A DNA stretch of 64,000 bases from Macrostomum lignano (GCA_002269645.1 NIVC01001860.1:124001-188000); one strand, 5' to 3'. Counted from the stretch's first letter, positions 1 through 14,200 are shown. Notes: generated by a model from the letters alone, not told the origin. Program-made: numbers and translations.

Positions 1-490
1 GGGCTAGCACAGACACACATGGGCTAGCACAGTCACACATAAAGGGTAGCACAGACACACATGGGCTAGCACAGACACACATAAAGGGTACACAGACACA
101 CATAAAGGGTAACACAGACACACAAAGGGTAGCACAGACACACATAAAGGGTAACACAGACACACATAAAAGCTAGCACAGACACACATAAAGGCTAGCA
201 CAGACACACGTAAAGGGTAACACAGACACACATAAAGGGTAGCACAAACACACACAGGCTAGCACAGACACACACAGGCTAGCACAGACACACACAGGCT
301 AGCACAGACACACACAGGCTAGCACAGACACACATAGGCTAGCACAGGCTAGCACAGACACACACAGGCTAACACAGACACACACAGGCTAGCACAGACA
401 CACACAGGCTAGCACAGACACACATAGGCTAGCACAGGCTAGCACAGACACACACAGGCTAACACAGACACACACAGGCTAGCACAGCAT
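1..490. repeat. Minisatellite, unit ~GGCTAGCACAGACACACA(T/A), 18-21 bp, truncated by the window start
   Basis: Direct tandem copies visible; the reverse complement of the same unit forms the array at 4503-4930. Confidence 0.95.
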
Positions 491-1559
491 TAGCCAAAGC
501 AGTGCTTCTACCAGCTATCAGGCGACCCGGCACGAGGACTAAGCAAGACTGGAAGCCCTAAAACCTGTAGCAAAAGTCCAGCATCATCTGCAGGAATTTT
601 AGCCAGCTTTTTCGGCGCCGTAACGCACAATTTCGGACAAGTGAATGTCGCCCCCCACCCTGAAATTGAAGCAATAAAAACCATTTCGCTGGCCAGACGG
701 TCAGGAAAAATGAAAGCACAACACAAAAGAAGAAAAGGAAAGCGCAGCGGTGACAGGGGAAGCCAGTCGGTCTCCTTGTAAAACAGGAGAAAAAGCAAGA
801 AGCAGAGTGAGACGCACAAGAAAAATACTACCTCTGCCGCCGAATTTCTGCTATGCATTTGCGGATGCCTCTCTCTATCTTCTACATGTAGCTTCTTGTC
901 ACCGCTTAGCGGTGGAAAATATCCCTCACTGGTCGATTCCCCTCTCTGCCCCCCCGCAGGCAATCCAATTAAGCCCGTGGTCCCCTCGGTTCTATTTTCA
1001 AAGGATCTTGGACTTTGGTCTGTCTGTCTCCTTCCCAGTTGGGAGAGCAGTCAGTGATCAGCTGACTGACTTTTGAAAAAAAATGACTGTTGAATTCGGG
1101 GTCCCATGCTAATTTATTATATTCTAGCGGTCGTGTCCCCTTGGGACACTTATTTTACTTTAGTTGTTTTAATAAATTCTTGTTGAAGTCACCGAGTCCT
1201 ATGTGAGTGCAATGAGTAATTAACAATCAGGGTGGCACCAAAGGCGATCTTGAGCTGTACTCACTGAGCGCTGTGTCCTATGTAGCTGTTTCTCTGGTTA
1301 CGGTTTGTCTCTCGCCCTCTCCATCTCCCTTCATTTCTCTCCTTCATTTTTTTCTCTCGTCTAACCACTAATCTCTCTGCATGGAACCCTCTCTTCTCTG
1401 CCTCTCCCTTCATCCTCCCGCAGTTCTTTCCCACTCCCTTTCCTATACTCTCCTTCCCTACATCTCCCTCTCTCCCTTTGCCTCTTTCAATCTCCTCTCT
1501 CCCTCGCCTCTTACTCTCCCTCTCCCACTCTCCCTCTCTCTCTCCCTGATCTCTCCCCC

Positions 1560-2650
1560 TCCTCCACTCTCACTCTTCCATTCTCACTCTCCCTCTCCCT
1601 CACCCCCTCTCTCCCTCATTCACTCTCCATCTCTCCCCCTCCCACTCAGTCACTCTCCCTCTCCCTCTCCCACTCACTCACTCTCCCTCTCCCACTCAGT
1701 CACTCTCCCTCTCTCTCCCTCCCACTCACTCACTCTCCCTCTCTCCCACTCACTCACTCTCCCTCTCTCCCTCTTCCACTCATTCACTCTCCATCTCTCC
1801 CCCTCCCACTCAGTCACTCTCCCTCTCTCCCTCTCCCACTCACTCACTCTCCCTCTCTCCCTCTCCCACTCAGTCACTCTCCCTCTCTCCCCCTCCCACT
1901 CACTCACTCTCCCTCTCTCCCACTCACTCACTCTCCCTCTCTCCCTCTCCCACTCACTCACTCTCCCTCTCTCCCTCTCCCACTCACTCACTCTCCCTCT
2001 CTCTCCCTCCCACTCACTCACTCACTCTCCCTCTCTCCCTCTCCCACTCACTCACTCTCCCTCTCTCCCCCTCCCACTCAGTCACTCTCCCTCTCTCCCT
2101 CTCCCACTCACTCACTCTCCCTCTCTCCCTCTCCCACTCAGTCACTCTCCCTCTCTCCCTCTCCCACTCACTCACTCTCCCTCTCTCCCTCTCCCACTCA
2201 ATCACTCTCCCTCTCTCCCCCTCCCACTCAGTCACTCTCCCTCTCTCCCTCTCCCACTCACTCACTCTCCCTCTCTCCCTCTCCCACTCACTCACTCTCC
2301 CTCTCTCCCTCTCCCACTCACTCACTCTCCCTCTCTCCCTCTCCCACTCACTCACTCTCCCTCTCTCCCTCTCCCACTCACTCACTCTCCCTCTCTCCCT
2401 CTCCCACTCACTCACTCTCCCTCTCTCCCTCTCCCACTCACTCACTCTCCCTCTCTCCCTCTCCCACTCACTCACTCTCCCTCTCTCCCTCTCCCACTCA
2501 CTCACTCTCCCTCTCTCCCTCTCCCACTCACTCACTCTCCCTCTCTCCCTCTCCCACTCACTCACTCTCCCTCTCTCCCTCTCCCACTCACTCACTCTCC
2601 CTCTCTCCCTCTCCCACTCACTCACTCTCCCTCTCTCACTCTCACTCTCC
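1560..2650. repeat. Polypyrimidine minisatellite, unit CCCACTCACTCACTCTCCCTCTCTCCCT-like (~30 bp)
   Basis: Near-perfect tandem copies 2040-2640 with degenerate CT-rich flanks (about 1310-2750). Confidence 0.95.
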
Positions 2651-3419
2651 CTCGTGCTTCAGGTAATCGCTCCATATCGCCATCTTCCCTCACCCTGCCT
2701 CAGCCTCCTTTCCACTCCATTTCAATATCTGCCTCTCCCCTCTCGCCTTTATATCCCACACGCCTCGGATCGAACCGCCCTGGCACCCCGTTGTCCTTCT
2801 TCGCTTCCCTCTCGCCCCCCAAATAATCGATTTGTAAAAGACAGCGCGCGGACTGTTACTGGCAGCTCGGGGCCTGCCTCCAGCGCTCCCGATGGGATCA
2901 AGGGAAAGTATTTAGAGCCACAGAGCTGTCACTGCAGTCCCCAGCTAGAAGGAGCAAGCAGGCAAGGCATATCGACTGTGGCTGCCCAGTTGAAATCGGC
3001 AGTTGCCAAAGAGGGCAGGGAATATCTAGAGTTAGTTGGGAATGCCGCGACCTCAAAGCCACACACTCAAGTGCACAAAAATATCCCCATTAGATCCCTC
3101 ATCCCAGCGGGCACTGAGATCCCCACAAAAGCCTGTCTCGGTAGCATCGATGCGAAATGCAAAAAAATTTCTTTCAAGTGTGAATAAGCGCAAATGAGCT
3201 CAAAGCGTTTTTGAGCTGTCAGTCAGGGCTCGGATCAATCCCTATATCCTAGGTTTTTTCATTAATCCCCTCTGCATAAGATAATCCCCTTCCACTAGAT
3301 TTGGCTGCAGTTGATGGCCAAGTCTTCTTTGCTCAGATCTCTGCTCGTATCCTCTCGATATTCTCCGCTCCTTAATCCCCCTCCTCTCAACTCAGCCTTA
3401 CTAAAATGCATTTCTTAAT

Positions 3420-3735
3420 GTCACCCCTCATCTTTTAATCTCACTCCCTCATTTTTTAATCTCACCCCCTCATCTGTTAATCTCACCCCCTCATCTGTTA
3501 ATCTCACCCCCTCATCTGTTATTCTCACCCTCATCTGTTAATCTCACCCCTCATCTGTTAATCTCACCCACTCATATGTTAATCTCACCCCCTCATCTTT
3601 TAATCTCACCCCCTCATCTGTTAATCTCACCCCTCATCTTTTAATCTCACCCATCATATGTTAATCTCACCCCCTCATCTTTTAATCTCACCCCCTCATC
3701 TGTTAGTCTCACCCCTCATCTTTTAATCTCACCCC
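3420..3735. repeat. Minisatellite, unit ATCTCACCCC(C)TCATCTGTTA (~21-22 bp)
   Basis: Tandem copies visible. Confidence 0.9.
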
Positions 3736-4502
3736 ACTTTTCCCCTCCGCTCTCTTGCATGTACATTTCTAGCCCTCCTGTACTTACGCCATGTACTTCA
3801 CTCTCCCATCAAGTCGGTTATTTTACAAGCCCCAAATTCAACAGCTGAGACTTTTCGAGCTTCTCTGTCTCGAAACCAAACAACTGCAGCCGAGCTCACT
3901 CTATCCAGCATCCAGAAAGCTACATCTTCCTCTCGCCTGCCCGCACACGCTGATGAGTGTGATGTCCAGCCACATCAGGCCGCGAATTCGAAACCGCGGA
4001 TCCCCCGTTGCACTGCTAATGTGCACTGCCGGGTCTTTCTCTGGCCCCGCCCAGCCCCGCCAGTCAGATCTCAATAATGAGAATCTGCATCAGGATTAAT
4101 CAGCTCGCCTTCTACCCTTAGCCTGCAGCTACCCTAACCATACTCACCCCCTTATAGTCCGCGTCCTCGTGTCCGTAAGCCCAATAAAAGCTCGCCTTTT
4201 TTAGCGGTTTGATGCGCCCGTCCACAGACGAAGACAGATCGGTTCTGTAATATATTAACTGCAGCAGCTGCGGAGGCTGGGCCCGCGAGCACTGAAGGAT
4301 GAGACAGGCTTGGCAGCATGCGGAGACGAAATCTGAAATGTTGAACTTGCCTCTCCCCCCATTTCAATAAAACGCATGAAACCAAAAGGGGCGAAGCAGT
4401 TTGCTCTCTACCCGATTTCCGCTCGATAGGCCATCCACCTTGACTGTCCTTCCCTCTCTTGTGTGTGCACTTTTGTATCGGCACTTTGAACTGCCCGTCA
4501 TC

Positions 4503-4930
4503 ATGTGTGTCTGTGCTAGCCCATGTGTGTCTGTGCTAGCCCATGTGTCTGTGCTCGCCCATGTGTGTCTGCTAGCCCATGTGTGTCTGTGCTATCCCAT
4601 GTGTGTCTGTGCTAGCCTATGTGTGTCTGTGCTAGCCCATGTGTGTCTGTGCTCGCCCATGTGTGTCTGTGCTAGCCCATGTGTGTCTGTGCTATCTCAT
4701 GTGTGTCTGTGCTCGCCCATGTGTGTCTGTGCTAGCCTGTGTGTGTCTGTGCTAGCCCATGTGTCTGTGCTAGCCCATGTGTGTCTGTGCTAGCTCATGT
4801 GTGTCTGTGCTAGCTCATGTGTGTCTGTGCTAGCCCATGTGTGTCTGTGCTAGCCCATGTGTCTGTGCTAGCCCATGTGTGTCTGTGCTACCCTTTATGT
4901 GTGTCTGTGCTAGCCCATGTGTGTCTGTGG
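4503..4930. repeat. Minisatellite, unit ATGTGTGTCTGTGCTAGCCC (inverse orientation of the 1-490 array)
   Basis: Tandem copies; reverse complement matches the 1-490 unit. Confidence 0.95.
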
Positions 4931-5087
4931 CTTCTGTAGCAGTGGCCATCGAGGCACCCATTAGTACTGCGGATGGAATGGCAACATGCGATAACGGCTC
5001 AAAGAGCTGGAGTCGTGTTCTAGTAGCTAAATTACGAATCTGACTTGAAAGGAAGGGTGGCGAGCCACAGGCCTGCGCACCCTGCAG

Positions 5088-5153
5088 CCAATCCCAGCCA
5101 AGCAGAAAAATGCGAGGAGAATGGCAGACAGCACTGACCGTGTCCTATAAAAG
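5088..5153 (+). promoter_or_regulatory. Candidate CCAAT box (5088-5092) and TATA box TATAAAAG (5146-5153) upstream of WDSUB1
   Basis: Canonical motifs with plausible spacing, about 130-190 bp upstream of ATG 5279. A strong pyrimidine-tract acceptor (AG at 5246-5247) lies between them and the ATG. Confidence 0.4.
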
Positions 5154-5278
5154 CTGGTTTAAGCTGAAAGAGTTGGTCGGACATTTTGCTTTATTAGTTG
5201 CTGCTTACTTTGTTTTTTGTCTTCTTCTTCTCGTCTTCATCTTCTAGTGGAAGAGCGGCTCTGAGCGGCTGTCCCGGC

Positions 5279-8200
5279 ATGCACAGCGGCCGGCCGCAGC
5301 CGCGGGTCTCCGCCCGCCTCGCCGTCACCATCGGGGCGCACGCGCGCGATGTCACCGGGGTGGCTTTCAATGGCGGCCTGCTGGCCACCTGCTCCGGGGA
5401 CAAGACTGTCCGGTGAGGAGAGCGGGAGTTGAAGCATTGGGAGACACTGGGGGACACTGAGGGATATGGGGAGACATTGGGAGACATTGTGAGACACTGG
5501 GAGTCATTGGGAGACACTGGGAGACATTGGGAGTCATTGGGAGACACTGGAAGACATTCGAAGACATTGAAAGACACTGGAAGACATTGTGAGACATTGG
5601 GAGATACTGGGAGACATTCGAAGACATTGAGAGACACTGGGAGACATTGTGAGACATTGGGAGATACTGGGAGACATTGGGAGACACTGGAAGATATTCG
5701 AAGACACTGGGAGACGCTGGCAGACATTGGGAGACATTTGGAGACACCGGAAGACGCTGGTAGATATTAGAAGACACTGGGAGATATTGGGAGACACTGG
5801 GAGACACTGGGAGACATTGGGAGACACTGGAAGATATTCGAAGACACTGGGAGACGCTGGCAGACATTGGGAGACATTTGGAGACACCGGAAGACGCTGG
5901 TAGATATTTGAAGACACTGGGAGATATTGGGAGACACTGGGAGACACTGGTAGATATTAGAAGACACTGGTAGATATTTGGAGACACTGGGAGTCACTGG
6001 GAGATATTGGGAGACACTGGGAGACATTCCAAGACATTTAAGGATGTACTTAAAAGGCATAAAGATTCACTCAGAGACACTGAGGGGCATTGCAAGTGAC
6101 AGGGTTACAATGCTTGTAAGTGGGCACAATAACTGCCCGCATCCTGCCCGCAGGCTGTGGCTCGTGTCCACCTGGCAGGAGGCCGACTGTTCACCGCTCC
6201 GAGGCCACGCCTACTGCGTTAATTTCGTGGCCTTCTCGCCGTTCGGCACCATGTTGGTCAGCTGCTCCACTGACGGCAAGGCCGTCTTCTGGGACCCGAA
6301 AACCGGTATCTGATGGCTTAGTGGGGTGAATTGTTGGGTGAACACGCTGTCAGTGTGGGGTGAACAAGCTGTCAGTGTGGGGTGAACAAGCTGTCAGTGT
6401 GGGGTGAACAAGCTGTCAGTGTGGGTGAACAAGCTGTCAGTGTGGGGTGAACAAGCTGTCAGTGTGGGTGAACAAGCTGTCAGTGTGGGGTGAACAAGCT
6501 GTCCGTGTGGGTGAACAAGCTGTCAGTGTGGGTGAACAAGCTGTCCGTGTGGGTGAACAAGCTGTCAGTGTGGGGTGAACAAGCTGTCAGTGTGGGTGAA
6601 CAAGCTGTCCGTGTGGGTGAACAAGCTGTCAGTGTGGGTGAACAAGCTGTCCGTGTGGGTGAACAAGCTGTCAGTGTGGGTGAACAAGCTGTCTGTGTGG
6701 GTGAACAAGCTGTCAGTGTGGGTGAACAAGCTGTCCGTGTGGGTGAACAAGCTGTCAGTGTGGGTGAACAAGCTGTCCGTGTGGGTGAACAAGCTGTCAG
6801 TGTGGGTGAACAAGCTGTCAGTGTGGGGTGAACAAGCTGTCCGTGTGGGTGAACAAGCTGTCAGTGTGGGGTGAACAAGCGATTTGGCGGAGGCCAGAGC
6901 AGTTCCCCAGTTGCTCATGCGCTGCTCCCCAAATCCCAACAGATCCCAGGTATGCGCAGCACTAGAAAAATATTTAGGCTCAAGGGGCTTAACAGCCCAG
7001 GTTTAGGTTGCTGTCGAATCTCCCATGTGTGCCGCGAAAGATCCTCGCCAGACCGGGGTTCGATCCTCTGACCCATCCTCTGTGCAGGAATCTCTCGCAT
7101 TGACACCGCTCTGCTACCCGGGTCACTGGCGGGACCGGCCCTTACCCCTCCTGTCTGCCGCCCCCTCTCTTGAACTGCTTGGGGATAAAATCCTCAGAAA
7201 TTCGTGACAGAGTGGGAAACAGCTTGACCAGTTTAGATTGCAATGTTGCTGTGCAAACACTATCGTTGAATGCCAATTCTTTAATTACGCTGATTCCCTG
7301 CAAACCCTGGACCGTGATTGGAACACACTTTCGCTTCAACTCTATAAATTGTACTTTTATAGAAACTTCAAATTTTCAATGTCTCAGAATCGAAGTTTAA
7401 ATAGACTAGTGAACCAATCCTCCCCAAACCTGTGATCCCACTCACACCTGTGATCCCATCCCACCCCTGTAATTCTATCCCACACCTGTGATCCCATCCC
7501 ACACCTGTGATCCCATCCCACCCCTATGATCCTATCCCACCCCTATGATCCTATCCCACTCCTGTGATACCATCCCACCCCTATGATCCTATCCCACCCC
7601 TATGATCCTATCCCACTCCTGTGATCCCATCCCACCCCTATGATCCTATCCCACTCCTGTGATCTCATCCCACACCTGTGGTCCCATCCCACACCTGTGA
7701 TCCCATCCCACCCCTATGATCCTATTCCACTTCTGTGATCTCATCACACTCCTGTGGTTCCATCCCACCCCTATGATCCTATCCCACCCCTATGATCCTA
7801 TCCCACTTCTGTGATCTCATCACACTCCTGTGATTCCATCCCACCCCTATGATCCTATCCCACCCCTATGATCCTATCCCACACCTGTGATCCCATCCCA
7901 CACCTGTGATCCCATCCCACCCCTATGATCCTATCCCACTCCTGTGATCTCATCCCACTCCTGTGATCCCATCCCACACCTGTGATCCCATTCCACACCT
8001 GTGATCCCATCCCACACCTGTGATCCCATCCCACACCTGTGATCCCATCCCAGACCTGTGATCCCATCCCACACCTGTGATCCCATCCCACACCTGTGAT
8101 CCCATCCCAGACCTGTGATCCCATCCCAGACCTGTGATCCCATCCCACACCTGTGATCCCATCCCACACCTGTGATCCCATCCGCCCGCAGGCCAGCAGC

Positions 8201-11200
8201 TCAGCCTGTTCAGCCATCCCAGCAAGTGCAGCATCAGGGCCGGTGCCTTCTCCTTGAACTCGCGTCTCTTTGCAAGCGGCGGCGAGGACGGCAGCCTCTG
8301 CCTCTGGGATGTGCCCTCCCAGTCTCTGCTCCGCTGCCTCTCCGGTCACTGCGGCTCCGTGCTGGGCCTGGCCTTCAGCCCGGACGGCCGGTTTCTCGTG
8401 TCCGGCGCCGCCAGCGGCGACTTGCGCGTCTGGGACGGACAGTTCGGACGGGCAAAGGCGCTGCAGCTGGTGCTGGACGGGCATGACCTGGGCGTGGCCG
8501 GAGTTGACTTCTCACCCTGCCCTGCCAGTGAGTCTGGTAGAGATTCTGTACAGTCTGGTAGAGATTCTGTACAGTCTGGTAGAGATTCTGTATAGTCTGA
8601 TAGAGATTCTGTACAGCCGGATAGAGATTCGGTACAGTGTCATAGATCTGTACACTGTCATAGATCTGTACACTGTCATAGATCTGTACACTGTCATAGA
8701 TCTGTACACTGTTATAGATCTGTACACTGTCATAGATCTGTACACTGTCATAGATGCCCTGGCTGTCCGTACACTCAATCCAGCAGTCAATTATCTTTCC
8801 GGATCCTGAGGCCGCTAGCCAGAGTTTCATAATTGAGGCATGGGGGATCGGCGAGCCAAATTAAAAAGAGGATTAGAGAGTCCCAGCTCAAAGCTGCCAA
8901 AGAAGCGAAGGGATTAGGCTGACCCTTCTGACCTCTGGAACCTAAAAGAACAATTAAATTAGGCTGATCTTCTTCTTCTAGAAGAGAGGCAAGAGGGACG
9001 GCAAGAATTAGCAGGGCGGGCGTCATGAATCCCAGAGATGTTGCAGCAACGGCAGCCCCTAATCTCCGTTTGCATGCCCGGCAAAGTGCAGAGCGGGGGC
9101 TGCGGCACTGAAGGTTGCAGATTAATTGATGGCGGGCAGGGGAGGCTGCGATGCTGAATGGCGGAGAGATGAAGATGAGGAGATACAGAGTGCCTCAGCG
9201 ATCCTATTTTGCGTCCCATTTCCCAATTATGCGTGTTTCCTCTGCTTTGAAATTCTCTGCTTTTATTAGCTGGCCCTGCTGCTGTTTACCACTGGGGCTC
9301 GTCTTGTCTGGGAACTTTATCTGGGCTGTTTTGGGGCGGTTATAATGCAATGCTTGTCAATAGTAATATATACATTTCCCCCGCTTCCCCACATTCCCAT
9401 CATCCCGATTCCCATCACCCCTTTCCTCACCACCCCATTCCCCATCACCCCATTCCCCATCACCTCATTCTCGATCAACGCATTCTCCATCACCCCATTC
9501 CCCATCACCTCATTCTCCATCACCCCCTTCCTCATCACCCCATTCCCTACCACCCCTTTCCCCATCACCCCATTCCCCACCACCCCCTTCCCCAATCACC
9601 GCATTCCCCATCATCCCATTCCCATTCCCCATCACCTCATTCTCCACCACCCCATTCCCCACCACCCATTCCCCACCACCCCATTCCCCATCACCCCATT
9701 CCCCACCACCCCATTCCCCACCACCCCATTCCCCATCACCCCATTCCCCATCACCCCATTCCCATCACCCCATTCCCCACCACCCCATTCCCCACCACCC
9801 CATTCCCACCACCCCATTCCCCACCACCCCATTCCCCATCACCCCATTCCCCATCACCCCATTCCCCATCACCCCATTCCCCATCACCCCATTCCCATCA
9901 CCCCATTCCCCATCACCCCATTCCCCATCACCCCATTCCCCACCACCTCATTCCCCACCACCCCATTCCCCACCACCCCATTCCCCATCACCCCATTCCC
10001 ATCACCCCATTCCCCATCACCCCATTCCCATCACCCCATTCCCACCACCTCATTCCCCACCACCCATTCCCCACCACCTCATTCCCCACCACCCATTCCC
10101 CACCAACCCATTCCCCATCACCCCATTCCCCATCACCCCATTCCCCACCACCCCATTCCCACCACCCCATCCCCACCACCCCATTCCCCACCACCCCATT
10201 CCCCATCACCCCATTCCCCATCACCCCATTCCCATCACCCCATTCCCATCACCCCATTCCCCATCACCCCATTCCCATCACCCCATTCCCCATCACCCCA
10301 TTCCCCATCACCCCATTCCCCATCACCCCATTCCCCATCACCCCATTCCCATCACCCATTCCCCATCACCCTATTCCCCATCACCCTATTCCCCATCACC
10401 CTATTCCCCATCACCCCATTCCCCATCACCCCATTCCCCACCACCCCATTCCCCATCACCCCATTCCCCATCACCCCATTCCCCACCACCTCATTCCCCA
10501 CCACCCCATTCCCCATCACCCCATTCCCCATCACCCCATTCCCACCACCTCATTCCCCACCACCCCATTCCCCATCACCCATTCCCCACCACCCCATTCC
10601 CCATCACCCCATTCCCCATCACCCCATTCCCCATCACCCATTCCCCATCACCCCATTCCCCATCACCCCATTCCCCATCACCCCATTCCCCATCACCCCA
10701 TTCCCCACCACCTCATTCCCCACCACCCATTCCCCACCACCCCATTCCCCATCACCCCATTCCCCACCACCTCATTACCCACCACCCCATTCCCCACCAC
10801 CCCATTCCCCACCACCCCATTCCCCACCACCCCATTCCCCATCATCTCATCAAGTTTCCTACTGCCCACCTGCTTTCGCTCTTCCGATTTGCATTCCGTC
10901 TCTCAGACAAAATCGCCTCTCAAACCAGCGCCATCCAATAAATTCCTCAATTCCTGTCCACGCCACTCACGCCTCAGATCCGCCTCCCGTTGCCAGGCTC
11001 GCATCCGGAGCCCGGGTCCAGACGCGCCACCGCGCCCTGCTACACTGTGGCCACTGGGGGCAGCGATAATCTAGTGAAAATCTGGCAGCTCATCTGCTTT
11101 GAGGCAGCGTCTGCAACATCTGCTGCTTCTGGCCCCAACGGCGGGGTCAGCAAAGGTCACAGCAGTGAGTTGTAGCCTGTGACTACGGGGAACTTCTGTC

Positions 11201-14200
11201 TCTTTCCAACTGACTGCTCCGGATGCGGAAGAGGAGGGGAAAGTGGAAATGAGTTGGGATGCCTGATTGCGGTTAGACTGCGAGCCGCAGCTTCATCAAG
11301 TCTGCCTTATTTCTCTGTTGGATTGAAATTTTAGCTCCGGGCCAAGCTAAAGGGGAGGCGATTCAGAACTGCTCACCTCCTCACCCGCTTTTCTCAGCCT
11401 GACAGTTGCTGGGAGTGAAGAACTGCTCACAAATTCCTTCTCTGGCTAAGTCTGCGAGAATGCGCTGGGCTGCGGCTTAGAGGACAGGGAGATGCTGAGT
11501 GACTGCTGAACTGTTAATGACGGCGGTGCTAAGTTGATGAGGCTTCCTTGCAGCTGGATTTGTCTGCCTAGCGGAACCATTATTTATAGTAAAATAGTAA
11601 TTATTGCTTTTCAAGGTCATGGGCAATTAAAGAATTGAAGATTGCACTGACAGTCATTTCAGAAACGGTCATTACAAACAAAGTAATTGCAGAATCGGTC
11701 TCTACAGAATCGGTCATTACAGAATCGGTCATTTCAGAATCGGTCATTACAGAATCGGTCATTTCAGAATCGGTCATTACAGAATCGGTCATTTCAGAAT
11801 CGGTCATTTCAGAATCGGTCATTACAGAATCGGTCATTTCAGAATCGGTCATTTCAGAATCGGTCATTACAGAATCGGTCATTTCAGAATCGGTCATTTT
11901 AGAATCGGTCATTACAGAATCGGTCATTTCAGAATAGGTCATTACAGAATCGGTCATTTCAGAATCGGTCATTATAGAATCGGTCATTACAGAATCGGTC
12001 ATTACAGAATCGGTCATTTCAGAATCGGTCATTACAGAATCGGTCATTTCAGAATCGGTCATTTCAGAATAGGTCATTACAGAATCGGTCATTTCAGAAT
12101 CGGTCATTACAGAATCGGTCATTACAAACTCAGTAATTGCAGAATCGGTCATTACAGAATCGGTCATTTCAGAATCGGTCATTACAGAATCGGTCATTTC
12201 AGAATAGGTCATTACAGAATCGGTCATTACAGAATCGGTCATTACAAACTCGGTAATTGCAGAATCGGTCATTACAGAATCGGTCATTTCAGAATCGGTC
12301 ATTACAGAATCGGTCATTTCAGAATCGGTCATTACAGAATCGGTCATTTCAGAATCGGTCATTACAAAATCGGTCATTTCAGAATCGGTCATTACAGAAT
12401 CGGTCATTTCAGAATCGGTAATTGCAGAATCGGTCATTACAGAATCGGTCATTTCAGAATCGGTCATTAAAAAATCGGTCATTTCAGAATCGGTCATTAC
12501 AGAATCGGTCATTTCAGAATAGGTCATTACAGAATCGGTCATTACAGAATCGGTCATTTCAGAATCGGTCATTCAGAATCGGTCATTACAGAATCGGTCA
12601 TTTCAGAATAGGTCATTACAGAATCGGTCATTACAGAATCGGTCATTACAAACTCAGTAATTGCAGAATCGGTCATTACAGAATCGGTCATTTCAGAATC
12701 GGTCATTACAGAATCGGTCATTACAAACTCAGTAATTGCAGAATCGGTCATTACAGAATCGGTCATTACAAACTCAGTAATTGCAGAATCGGTCATTACA
12801 GAATCGGTCATTTCAGAATGCCAGGCATTCTAAAATGGAAGGCAGAATCGGTCATTTCAGAATCGGTCATTTCAGAATCGGTCATTTTAGAATCGGTCAT
12901 TACAGAATCGGTCATTTCAGAATAGGTCATTACAGAATCGGTAATTACAGAATCGGTCATTACAGAATCGGTCATTTCAGAATCGGTCATTTCAGAATCG
13001 GTCATTACAGAATCGGTAATTACAGAATCGGTCATTACAGAATCGGTCATTACAGAATCGGTCATTACAGAAGCGGTCATTACAGAATCGGTCCTGACAA
13101 GCAACCGCACAGCCACCTGTCTCTCCCAATGATTCAGTCTCGCCTCCGGAATTGCAGGAAGGCAGCAAGGCAGTCTGAAGCTGCTCTTCTCCCTGAAAGG
13201 CCACAGCAGGGCGGTCATGGCGGTTCAGTTCTCCCAAATGGGAAGCTGCTCATTTCCTGGTGAGCCAGTGGTCCAGAAAACTGCAGCACTGGGCTGGCTG
13301 CCACTGCCTGAATCTCGCAACCAAAGCCCTTCCAACTTTTTCCCCTTCCCAGTTCCGGGGATCACACTGTGAGGATCTGGAAGCCGGTGAGTGAAGCCCG
13401 TTTGTTGTCGCCTTGAAGCAGAAAAGTGCAAAATTTTGAGAAAAACACTACTGGCACGGCTAACTGAGGCCCGTCTGCTTTCCAGGAAACCGCGTCCTCG
13501 CTGCACGTTGTGGAGGCTCACGCGCGGTGGGTGGCTTTGGCTGCCAGGGAATCTAGTGGGGAATCTAGTGGGGAATCTAGTGGGGAATCTAGTGGGAAAT
13601 CTAGTTGGGGAATCTAGTGGGGAATCTAGTGGGGAATCTAGTTGGGGAATCTAGTAGGGAATCTAATGGGGATTCTATAGTGGGGAATCTAGTAGGGAAT
13701 CTAGTAGGGAAATCTAGTGGGGAATCTAATGGGGATTCTATAGTGGGGAATCTAGTAGGGAATCTAGTAGGGAAATCTGGTGGGGAATCTAATGGGGATT
13801 CTATAGTGGGGAATCTAGTGGGGAATCTAGTTGGGGAATCTAGTAGGGAATCTAATGGGGATTCTATAGTGGGGAATCTAGTAGGGAATCTAGTAGGGAA
13901 ATCTAGTGGGGAATCTAATGGGGATTCTATAGTGGGGAATCTAGTGGGATCCTAGTGGGGGAATCTACATGTAGTTGAGAATCTGGTGGGGAAATCTAGT
14001 AGGGAACCTAGTAGGGGAATCTAGTGAGGGATCTAGTTGGGAATTAAACAGTGGGAGTAGTAGAAGACAGTGCAGGCGGGAGCATACGGCATCAAGCTCT
14101 CCAGTAGTCCATGACGCAAATGAACCGGATAAATGTGCAAGCTGACCCCCTACCGTCGCAGCTACGTCACCAGCTGCTGCTTCTCCAGTGACGGTCGCCG

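Noticed and set aside
500-1100. Weak similarity between 760-820 and 53570-53620 suggesting a dispersed element
   Set aside because: Too degenerate to define boundaries by eye; needs an alignment.
1381-2826. 481-aa Ser/Leu/Pro/His ORF and its minus-strand ERGRVSEW ORFs
   Set aside because: Translation of a CT-rich minisatellite; no splice or domain support.
7040-7075. tRNA/SINE B-box GGGGTTCGATCC
   Set aside because: No A-box or cloverleaf upstream.
9345-11074. Two 574-aa Pro/His-rich ORFs
   Set aside because: Product of the 15-bp array; only the 10997-11164 exon in a third frame is coding.
11601-13263. MTDSV/ITESV repeat ORFs
   Set aside because: A 15-bp intronic unit keeps the frame open.
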